The position numbers and the translations under genes are program-made. The notes beneath the pieces were generated by a model. The model did not search any database and had not been told where the DNA came from. It saw only the letters and a list, made by a program, of their open reading frames with translations. Positions 18,063 to 24,673 of a stretch of DNA of 46,580 nt are shown piece by piece. Every line of letters begins with the position of its first letter. Within the stretch, counting starts at the first letter, position 1. Origin of the DNA: an uncultured bacterium (lineage in GTDB: Bacteria > Methylomirabilota > Methylomirabilia > Rokubacteriales > CSP1-6); contig CAZXPE010000002.1 of NCBI GenBank assembly GCA_964642915.1, forward strand, positions 1-46,580, given 5' to 3'.

Positions 18063-18370
18063 TCCGAGGGTATCACCGCGGCACCGGGAGCTGCTCCCGA
18101 CCCTCTCCCGGCGGGCGCCCCGTAACCTCCGGCCCCCGCTCCGGAACCTCCCGCGGGCGCCCCGTAGCCGCCTGCTCCAGCCCTGGAGCCCCCGGCGGCG
18201 GCCCCGTAACCCCCGGCTCCGCCTCCGGCACCCCCGCCGTACCCTCCGCCTGCCGCCGTCACCCCGGCGCCCGAGGTCTTCGTGCCGGTCAAGGCCGACA
18301 CGCTGTAGCCGATCAGGAAGCTGGTCCACGCCACGACTATCAGAAGCACGACCCAGAGGCTAGTTTTCAT
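18059..18370 (-). CDS. Small membrane-anchored Gly/Ala-rich repeat protein (GGYG repeats), hypothetical
   Basis: 103 aa. MKTSLWVVLLIVVAWTSFLIGYSV (one TM/signal-anchor helix), then ...GGGYGGGAGGGAGGYGAAAGGSRAGAGGYGAPAGGSGAGAGGYGAPAG... Sits 13 nt after the tusA-like stop. Coding status is unproven in GC-rich repeat DNA. Confidence 0.45.
   Translation of the reverse strand: MKTSLWVVLLIVVAWTSFLIGYSVSALTGTKTSGAGVTAAGGGYGGGAGGGAGGYGAAAGGSRAGAGGYGAPAGGSGAGAGGYGAPAGRGSGAAPGAAVIPSE
18111..18236. repeat. About three imperfect tandem copies of a 42-nt unit
   Basis: Units begin gcgggcgccccgtaacctcc... (18111), gcgggcgccccgtagccgcc... (18153), gcggcggccccgtaaccccc... (18195). On the minus strand they encode the GAGGYGAPAGGS repeats. 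Confidence 0.7.
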
Positions 18371-18383
18371 CGCTCACCCGCTC

Positions 18384-18632
18384 TCAGACCGCTTTTTTGA
18401 TCTTCCACTTGTACTTGCCGCTCTCCGCGATCTTCTCGAGGATCTCGTCGCCCCTAGCATCGCACATCGCGGCAATGGACTCAGCGGAAGAGGGGTTGTC
18501 GAAGAGCAGCTCCAGCGTCTCGCCCACCTGCATCTTCTCGAGGGCTTTCTTAGTGTAAAGCTGCGGGTGGGGGCAGACGTACCCAGTGACGTTCAGAGAA
18601 TAGGTGCCGTTGGACTTTTTTTCGAACTTCAT
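18384..18632 (-). CDS. yeeD: TusA-like sulfur carrier (YeeD/TsuB type) partnered with YeeE
   Basis: 82 aa. ...LNVTGYVCPHPQLYTKKALEKM... (CPxP motif). Lies 31 nt downstream of the YeeE/YedE gene. Confidence 0.8.
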   Translation of the reverse strand: MKFEKKSNGTYSLNVTGYVCPHPQLYTKKALEKMQVGETLELLFDNPSSAESIAAMCDARGDEILEKIAESGKYKWKIKKAV

Positions 18633-18663
18633 CGCCTCACTCTGCCTCCTTTTCTCTCCGATG

Positions 18664-20091
18664 TTACAGCTCGCAAACGGCCATCTCTTTGGCCATCCGC
18701 CTTTCAGTGTACCAGTTAAAGAACTTCACTCCAAGATAGGCCCCGCCGATCATGCCTATCCCGAACAGCCACCCCGACACGTCGCCCTGGGAGACCCTGA
18801 CGAAGAAGGCCCCGACGTTGCACCCGAGGCCCAGCCTGGAGCCGATCCCCATCAACGCCCCGCCGATGATAGCCCACATAGTAAGCTCCATTGTGGGAGC
18901 CTTCCACTTGAACTCGTTGTGCATGAGCGCCATCACGGCGGCGCCGCCGATCAGGGCGATGGACATCCAGTCGGCCGGGTTGAGGAGGGGGTTGGGAATG
19001 CCGTTGTTGAGGCCGAAGAAGATGTTGTCCATGTTCTGCCAGCCGAGCCTGTTGAAGACCCAGCCGACCCACTGGGCCTCCTGGGTCGTCACGTACCAGT
19101 ATCCCGGGTCGAACACCGTCCCCTTAGCCGAGAGGCCGAAGGTGAACCCCATGCGGGTCATCAGCTCCCCGAAGTTCTGCACCCCGAACTTAACCTGAAG
19201 CCCCTTCATCACGAACATGTGGAGCCCGGCCGCGATCCCGAGGAAGAGCCCGGCTATCGCCGTCCTCTGTGACGCCATGACCATGCTCCAGTAGCCAGCC
19301 AGATCAGCCCCGATGCCGCCGGCGGGGAGCCCCGCCTTCTTCTGCTTTGCCATATACGGCTTCCTTACCCAAACGATGTAGATCCAAGACAGGATCAGCG
19401 CCGCGGGCAGGACGATCCCGACCAGGACGTTACCGACGTACGAGGCGATGAACGGGTTGGAGATCCCCAGCAGCTCGCCGAACGTCTTCACAGGCAGGTC
19501 CCACACGTACCCGGCGAGATACTGGTCCATCCATCCGTCTCCGGCGTTGATGGCCGCGGGGAGCTTCTTTGCCACCGCCGACTCGTACCAGGACCTGGGT
19601 ACGAGCTTGTTGGTCCATCCGCCGATCGCCACGAAGGTCGCCTGAGACACGCTGATGGACAGAAGCACCACCATGGCGACCCCGTTCCCCTCTCCGGCCT
19701 TATAGAGAGAGCCCGACGCGCAGCCGCCCGTGAGCACCATCCCCACCCCGAAGATAAGCCCGGCGATCACCGCATGGATGCCGTACGGGGCGGAGTGGAA
19801 GGTGCTCATCCCCGTCGCCGTGACAAAGGCGGAGACGGCCCCGAAGAGTACCATGGCGATCATGATCCCCACGGCCATCCTCGGCACCCCGACGGCGAAC
19901 AGGTCTCTGAACGCCGACGAGAAGCAGAACCTCCCGTACTGGAGGCACATCCCGTAGATGAACCCGAACCAGAGATAGGCCGAGAGATAGACGTAATACT
20001 CGCTCATCATGTAGGTCACGATGCTGATGAGCGAGAGGAACCCCACGATGACGAAGATCCAGAACTGATTTTTCCTGCTCACCGTCTCCAT
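18664..20091 (-). CDS. yeeE: YeeE/YedE-family membrane permease (thiosulfate/sulfur-compound uptake type), long form
   Basis: 475 aa, polytopic. Conserved Cys-containing loops (GRFCFSSAFRD, TGGCASGSLYKAG, LGLGCNVGAFF) are characteristic of YeeE/YedE. Confidence 0.8.
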   Translation of the reverse strand: METVSRKNQFWIFVIVGFLSLISIVTYMMSEYYVYLSAYLWFGFIYGMCLQYGRFCFSSAFRDLFAVGVPRMAVGIMIAMVLFGAVSAFVTATGMSTFHSAPYGIHAVIAGLIFGVGMVLTGGCASGSLYKAGEGNGVAMVVLLSISVSQATFVAIGGWTNKLVPRSWYESAVAKKLPAAINAGDGWMDQYLAGYVWDLPVKTFGELLGISNPFIASYVGNVLVGIVLPAALILSWIYIVWVRKPYMAKQKKAGLPAGGIGADLAGYWSMVMASQRTAIAGLFLGIAAGLHMFVMKGLQVKFGVQNFGELMTRMGFTFGLSAKGTVFDPGYWYVTTQEAQWVGWVFNRLGWQNMDNIFFGLNNGIPNPLLNPADWMSIALIGGAAVMALMHNEFKWKAPTMELTMWAIIGGALMGIGSRLGLGCNVGAFFVRVSQGDVSGWLFGIGMIGGAYLGVKFFNWYTERRMAKEMAVCEL

Positions 20092-20092
20092 C

Positions 20093-21847
20093 TCAATTCG
20101 CCTCCGTAGCCGGCGGGCTCTCCGCCGGCAGGTAGACCCTCACGAGGGTCCGATACTGAAACCGATCATCCGACGTCAAAAACTCCCTCGACAGGCGATG
20201 ACCATCGATCCTCCGCTCGATCTGCTCTGTCAGCGGCTGGCCGGCATCGGCGGAAACAACCACTACGGCGCCCTTCCCGCTCGGGTCCGCGGTCGCCGGA
20301 GCATAGTACTTCGGGGTTCGGAACTCCCACGTGAACCTCAGCGGCGATGTTTCGATTTCCTGCCGCGAGGGGAGCTGCGCGGGCAGGGGCCGGTACACAA
20401 TCCGCTTCCCGGCGAACAGATCGAGCAGGGGGACCGAAACCGCCGGATTGACGACAGAGCGCGCCTGAGGAAGAGTGAAAACCTCCACGGCTTCGCCCTC
20501 AACGGTGTTGAGATATTCTCCCGCGTCCTTCAAGTTTACGGCGCTCATCCTGCTCAGGTATGGCAGGTACGCGAAGAGCGCGACAGCCAGGGAAGAGGCC
20601 ACGGCGCAGGACACGGCGAACCTCCTGGCCTCGGCGCTCCTGATCTCCCTCAAACCGTACGAGGCCATCAGCGCGAGCATCGGGAAGACCACCAGGATGT
20701 ATCTGATCCGCTCGATCTGAGCCGCGACAACCAGGAGCAGGAGCCAACTGATGATGGCGTACCTCAGGTCCCTTTTTCTGATTGCGGCGAAAATCGAATA
20801 GGCCCCCGCCACGGTGACGAGCGGGTGTATCTGGAAGAGGAACGTGGAGGCGAAGCTCTCTCGCCACCGCCCCAGCCCGGGCGCCTGGTAGCTCCGGAGC
20901 AACCCGATCTGCTCGAAGATCACGTCGTGCTTCACGAGCACAACGGCCCCCGCGAGCGCGGCCGAAGCCGCCAGGAGCGCAGCGCCGCGCCTAAGCGCCC
21001 GCCCCGGTTCCTCACGAAGTCGTACCAGAAAGATGATGAGCACAACCGTGAGCGACGGCCACGTGGAGTACTTGGACAGGAAGGCGAGAGTCACTGTCGC
21101 GGAAGACAGAGCAATCCATCCGATTCCCCCGTTACCAAGGGCCTTGATCGCCGTGAACACGGCCGCGGCGAGGAAAAACATCGCGGGGACGTCAACGAGC
21201 ATCAGCGGCACCTGAGTGAACAGATAGGGCATGGCGAGGAGAAGAGCGCCTGCGCACGCCCCCACGGTCGCGTCCCACAGAGTTTTTCCGATCAGGTAGG
21301 TGAGCACGATTGTCCCCGAGAAGAGGAGCGTCGTGAAGACCTGGATGGGAATTCTGGTCTCCCCGAACGCGCTGAAGATCACGCCGTAGAGAAAGGGAAC
21401 GAGCGGCAGGTCGGTCCACGCCGAGACCTCCCGGCCCCACTCACTGAGAAAATACCCGGCGCCGTAAAGCTCGAGGTGCTTGGCCTGGGTGAAGTACCTC
21501 GCTGCGTCCACGATCACCTCGGGCTCCCTCCAGAACACGGCCGCCATAGCGAAGGAGAAGAAGAACAGCGCCACAACGGGCCTGAGAGCGGAGATGGAAA
21601 CCTTCGTAAGCGCGTACGCCAGCGCTACGCCAACGACGAGCGCGGCGCTGACTCTTGCAACGTCAGCGCCGGCAAACACCCACTGCCAGCTCGTCAGCCT
21701 GTTGTCATCCAGCCCGCGCAAGAGGTACTGGGTGTGAAACGTCGCCACGGCCGCCAGGGAGATCACGGCGGCCACGACCCTGTCGGTGCTTTCCCTGTTG
21801 GATTCGTGAACGGCAATCGCCTCCGATGACGGCGCGCACCTCACCAC
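20093..21847 (-). CDS. Large polytopic membrane protein, GT-C fold / GT39 (ArnT/PMT_2)-like glycosyltransferase candidate
   Basis: 584 aa. About 12 predicted TM helices, then a soluble C-terminal domain of about 150 aa, with an early loop GLDDNRLTSW. The family call is by overall architecture only. GTG start overlaps the upstream stop by 7 nt, and its stop is 1 nt from the yeeE start. Confidence 0.5.
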   Translation of the reverse strand: MVRCAPSSEAIAVHESNRESTDRVVAAVISLAAVATFHTQYLLRGLDDNRLTSWQWVFAGADVARVSAALVVGVALAYALTKVSISALRPVVALFFFSFAMAAVFWREPEVIVDAARYFTQAKHLELYGAGYFLSEWGREVSAWTDLPLVPFLYGVIFSAFGETRIPIQVFTTLLFSGTIVLTYLIGKTLWDATVGACAGALLLAMPYLFTQVPLMLVDVPAMFFLAAAVFTAIKALGNGGIGWIALSSATVTLAFLSKYSTWPSLTVVLIIFLVRLREEPGRALRRGAALLAASAALAGAVVLVKHDVIFEQIGLLRSYQAPGLGRWRESFASTFLFQIHPLVTVAGAYSIFAAIRKRDLRYAIISWLLLLVVAAQIERIRYILVVFPMLALMASYGLREIRSAEARRFAVSCAVASSLAVALFAYLPYLSRMSAVNLKDAGEYLNTVEGEAVEVFTLPQARSVVNPAVSVPLLDLFAGKRIVYRPLPAQLPSRQEIETSPLRFTWEFRTPKYYAPATADPSGKGAVVVVSADAGQPLTEQIERRIDGHRLSREFLTSDDRFQYRTLVRVYLPAESPPATEAN

Positions 21848-22011
21848 GAGATGACCTTGTCGTGGGCGAAGATCTCGTCAACGATCTTCTCATGCGGAAT
21901 TTCCCGCTTCGACAGGTCGATGACAGTCACCTCGTGCTCGCGGGATTGCGCGTTGATGATCCTCTGGCAGAGATCGTCCGGCCCGTCTGTCAGGAGGTAG
22001 AGTATCTTCAT
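21841..22011 (-). CDS. Miniature DsrH/TusB-like protein (56 aa)
   Basis: Below the ORF-track size cut-off, hand-translated: MKILYLLTDGPDDLCQRIINAQSREHEVTVIDLSKREIPHEKIVDEIFAHDKVISW. The C-terminus matches the DsrH/TusB ending (..hdkv.sW). GAGGAGA lies upstream. Confidence 0.55.
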   Translation of the reverse strand: MKILYLLTDGPDDLCQRIINAQSREHEVTVIDLSKREIPHEKIVDEIFAHDKVISW

Positions 22012-22027
22012 CGGCGCGTCTGTCTCC

Positions 22028-22330
22028 TCAGAGGACGATCACCCGGTCGGCGCTGTTGTTCATCACCGCGTTGTGATACTGGCTTCCTCGCACGATCTTG
22101 TCGGGCAGCCCCTCCGCCCGAACGCGGCACGTCTCGGCGCTGTGCTCGCAGAGGCTCATCGAGACACCCGGCAGCCCGCACAGGTCTGTGAACGTCGCGC
22201 TCTCGAGCAGCCTCGTCCCCTCGTCCATTGCGAACAGGATGACCTGATGCCCCTTCGACACAGCGGCCCTGGTAAGCCCCGTAATGTCGTGAAGGTGCCT
22301 GTCGGAATTGACAAGAATGCCCAGCGTCAC
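22028..22330 (-). CDS. Short DsrE-family protein with conserved Cys
   Basis: 100 aa. MTLGILVNSDRHL...GHQVILFAMDEGTRLL...VSMSLCEHSAETCRVRAEG...ADRVIVL (DsrE/TusD-like layout, Cys in the active-site position). GTG start. Confidence 0.6.
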   Translation of the reverse strand: MTLGILVNSDRHLHDITGLTRAAVSKGHQVILFAMDEGTRLLESATFTDLCGLPGVSMSLCEHSAETCRVRAEGLPDKIVRGSQYHNAVMNNSADRVIVL

Positions 22331-22354
22331 GCTGATCTCTCTCGCTGCCGGCGT

Positions 22355-22630
22355 TCAATAGGGCAGGACGTGGTCATACTGAGGCAGTCTCAGCGCGACC
22401 TCCTCGGTGGAGCAGAATTCCATCCCCTCGCCCTGCCTGTGGTTCGTGTAGATTTTGACTTCGAATTCTTTCATAGTCTCGAGCTGCTTGAGGTTCTCTT
22501 CGGTTTTCCCCAACTCTCTGTCCAGCACGTAGACGTCAACCGTGTCGCCCAGGAGGAGGAGCCCGAGAGACATCCTCAAGGCCTCGCTCTCCCTGTCGGT
22601 GACGAGCACGGCAATTTTTCTTTCAGCCAT
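22355..22630 (-). CDS. Short DsrE/DsrF-family-like protein
   Basis: 91 aa. MAERKIAVLVTDRESEALRMSLGLLLLGDTVDVYVLD...YDHVLPY. The fold call is by pattern only. Confidence 0.45.
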   Translation of the reverse strand: MAERKIAVLVTDRESEALRMSLGLLLLGDTVDVYVLDRELGKTEENLKQLETMKEFEVKIYTNHRQGEGMEFCSTEEVALRLPQYDHVLPY

Positions 22631-22722
22631 TCCTTCTCGCTTACCCGCCCGACACCCGCAGCGCGGGTACCCGGACCCCCGGGGGAGTCTATCCCGCGGG
22701 GGCCGCGCGACGAGCCGGATCC

Positions 22723-23730
22723 CTACCGCTTCTTCAAAAGCTCCTCCATCTGAGCTTTCAGTGTCTCAAGCTCCCTGAGCGCCGAGTTCACCTTGACGAA
22801 GTCGTAGTAGCTCGCGCTCTCCACAGGAAGGTCGGGCCGGCTCCCCCAGACGATCCAGGAGTCGTCGTAGTTCCTGATCTTCTCGAAACCGAGCGACCTG
22901 AGCGCCAGGTAGGTCAGCGTCGAGCGGGTCCCTGTCTGGCAGTAGGCCACGACTTCTTTCTTGGGATCGAGGGCTTTGTAAAGATCCTTGAGGGCCGTGG
23001 CGTCCTTCGGCGCCATGCCGTCACGGTTGGTCACCGTCTTCTCTGCCAGCTTCTTCTCCGTCTCAGGGTCCACCCAGTTCTGCTCGTAAGGGATCAAAAT
23101 GGCCCCGGGGATGTGACCGCCACGGACTGCGCGGATGTCGTCTCCCGAGAACTCCCTGGGTGTCCTGGCGTCCAGGATCTGGACGTTCGGGGTTTTCAAG
23201 TTGGCTTTGACATAATCAGTCGTGGCGAGGCGATCCGCCTTGACCTTGGCCACGAACTTGGCAGGCGGGAGCTTCTTCTCCTCGGCGGTCATGGGCTGCT
23301 TGGCGGCCTTCCAGTCGTCGATCCCTCCCCAGTAAGCTTTAACCTTCTCGGCCCCCAGGTACTCGAGAATCCAGAACGGGACCGACATGTTGGTGTTGCC
23401 CTTGTTACCGTAAACAATGATCTCCTGGTCGCGGGTGATCCCCGCGCCGCCCAGTATATCTTCCAGCTTCTTTACCGGGAGGATCCGAGCGTCCACATCT
23501 CTCAGGACGACGAGCGCTCCCCTGCCTCCCAGGTTGATGGCTCCTGGGATGTGTCCCTCCTTGTACCCCGCTTCCGACCGGACATCCAGAAGGACCACTC
23601 CGGCCTTGTCCTTCTGCTTCGCCACATAGTCTGTGTTCACTATCACCTCGGCTCCGAAGGCAGAGCCTGCCAGAGCGAAAACCAGCGCCAAACCGATCCA
23701 GGTTCCAATCGTTCTCTGCTGATTCATCAT
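22723..23730 (-). CDS. Secreted tandem-rhodanese-domain sulfurtransferase
   Basis: Start at ATG 23730 (MMNQQRTIGTWIGLALVFALAGSAFGAEV, a signal peptide), preceded by AGGAGG 7 nt upstream. Two rhodanese domains, the second with active-site loop AYCQTGTRS. C-terminal coiled tail ...LETLKAQMEELLKKR. Confidence 0.85.
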   Translation of the reverse strand: MMNQQRTIGTWIGLALVFALAGSAFGAEVIVNTDYVAKQKDKAGVVLLDVRSEAGYKEGHIPGAINLGGRGALVVLRDVDARILPVKKLEDILGGAGITRDQEIIVYGNKGNTNMSVPFWILEYLGAEKVKAYWGGIDDWKAAKQPMTAEEKKLPPAKFVAKVKADRLATTDYVKANLKTPNVQILDARTPREFSGDDIRAVRGGHIPGAILIPYEQNWVDPETEKKLAEKTVTNRDGMAPKDATALKDLYKALDPKKEVVAYCQTGTRSTLTYLALRSLGFEKIRNYDDSWIVWGSRPDLPVESASYYDFVKVNSALRELETLKAQMEELLKKR

Positions 23731-24057
23731 GTGGCTACCTCCTATCCTTTTAACCCCGAGCATTAGGCGTCACTGGGCCTCGGACCTCCCGGCGTCATAG
23801 AGTCCACTGACCCGCCGAACGGCCCCGGCCTCGATCCTCACGCTTTTCTCGCCTCCCCATATCAGCAAATTCGACAAATCACCTCCCCTCGCTGCCTTAT
23901 TCAGGCTGATGCCGCTTCTCTCAGAGTTGCCGATACTCAGCCAGGAGAGAGGAGCGCCAGCCTTGATAATTTCCTAGATCTGGCAGGGAATTCGCCCGAC
24001 CTGAGCGGTCAAAGATTGAGTCTGGGGTGGGTCGCGTCATCAAGGCTCCCGGGAGAG

Positions 24058-24127
24058 TCAACGGACCTCTCAACTCCTCTAGCTATCCTTGGGGTGACTT
24101 ATGGCCTAGACGGTAGTCTAGCGTCAA
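24058..24127 (-). promoter_or_regulatory. Candidate sigma70 promoter plus conserved leader box, paralogous to the tusA-dsr promoter
   Basis: Minus strand: TTGACG (24127-24122), 19-nt spacer, ATAAGT (24102-24097), then GAGTTGAGAGGTCCGTTGA (24076-24058), identical to 12935-12917. Confidence 0.45.
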
Positions 24128-24158
24128 TGAGCCGGGTGAGTCAATTTCCTGGCCCGAT

Positions 24159-24596
24159 TTACCTATTTCCCCTACGCGACCCGCCGGGCCGGGGTGCCCG
24201 ACGCCGAGGAGGGGTTGTTCTTTCAGGTGTCTGTTCCACCTGTTCGTCGAGGGCGCGCAGGATGTCCACCACTGAAACGATGCCGACCACCTCTCTCCCA
24301 GCGAGCACCGGCATCGCTCCGAAGCGCCGCTCGCGGAAGAGGCGGGCGGCCTGGCGGATGGGAGTGTCGGGAGAGAGGACGAAGACCGGCCGCGTCATGA
24401 TCTCCCTCACGGGGATAGCATCGCTCCTGGCCTCGCGGAGGTCGCGGTCCGAAACTATCCCGACGAGGAGACGCTCCCCGTCCAGCACCGGAAGGTGGCG
24501 GACCCGCTCCCGCCGCGAGAGCCGGCGCGCCGCTCCCACCGACATCCCCGGCTCCGCCGTGACCACCGGCTTTGCCATTACTTCCGCCACCGTCAT
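24159..24596 (-). CDS. CBS-pair domain protein
   Basis: Start at ATG 24596 ([20 protein letters not shown]...[20 protein letters not shown]...[15 protein letters not shown]...[19 protein letters not shown]). Basic, Pro/Arg-rich tail. Confidence 0.8.
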   Translation of the reverse strand: MTVAEVMAKPVVTAEPGMSVGAARRLSRRERVRHLPVLDGERLLVGIVSDRDLREARSDAIPVREIMTRPVFVLSPDTPIRQAARLFRERRFGAMPVLAGREVVGIVSVVDILRALDEQVEQTPERTTPPRRRAPRPGGSRRGNR

Positions 24597-24673
24597 GGCG
24601 CCGATCTCTCCCGCGCCATCGCTCCCATGAAGGGTTCTCCCTGGCAAGGGTACATGGTAACCTTATTATAATC

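Noticed and set aside
16656-18329. The full 557-aa ORF of the FAD oxidoreductase, with an Arg-rich N-terminal extension of about 90 aa (RRGDGGRRRVRRGCRRRSRGLRGRRRG...).
   Set aside because: The extension is the Gly-repeat DNA read in another frame. The dinucleotide-binding motif starts right after the GTG at 18062, which overlaps the stop of the better-looking Gly-rich ORF.
20198-21829. Long antisense ORFs opposite real genes, for example 20198..21829 (+, 543 aa), 3577..4728 (+, 383 aa), 7084..8058 (-, 324 aa), 29832..31337 (-, 501 aa), 43578..44468 (-, 296 aa) and 17019..18125 (+, 368 aa).
   Set aside because: These are typical high-GC shadow ORFs. They have Arg/Pro/Gly-rich low-complexity translations with no motifs, and each is fully overlapped by a gene with clear family signatures on the other strand or frame.
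23981-23995. Sigma54-like element TGGCAGGGAATTCGC (GG-N10-GC spacing) on the plus strand.
   Set aside because: Its orientation points into the antisense of the CBS gene, with no plus-strand gene to drive for about 700 nt. It lies inside the putative tusA-remnant/leader and is most likely chance.
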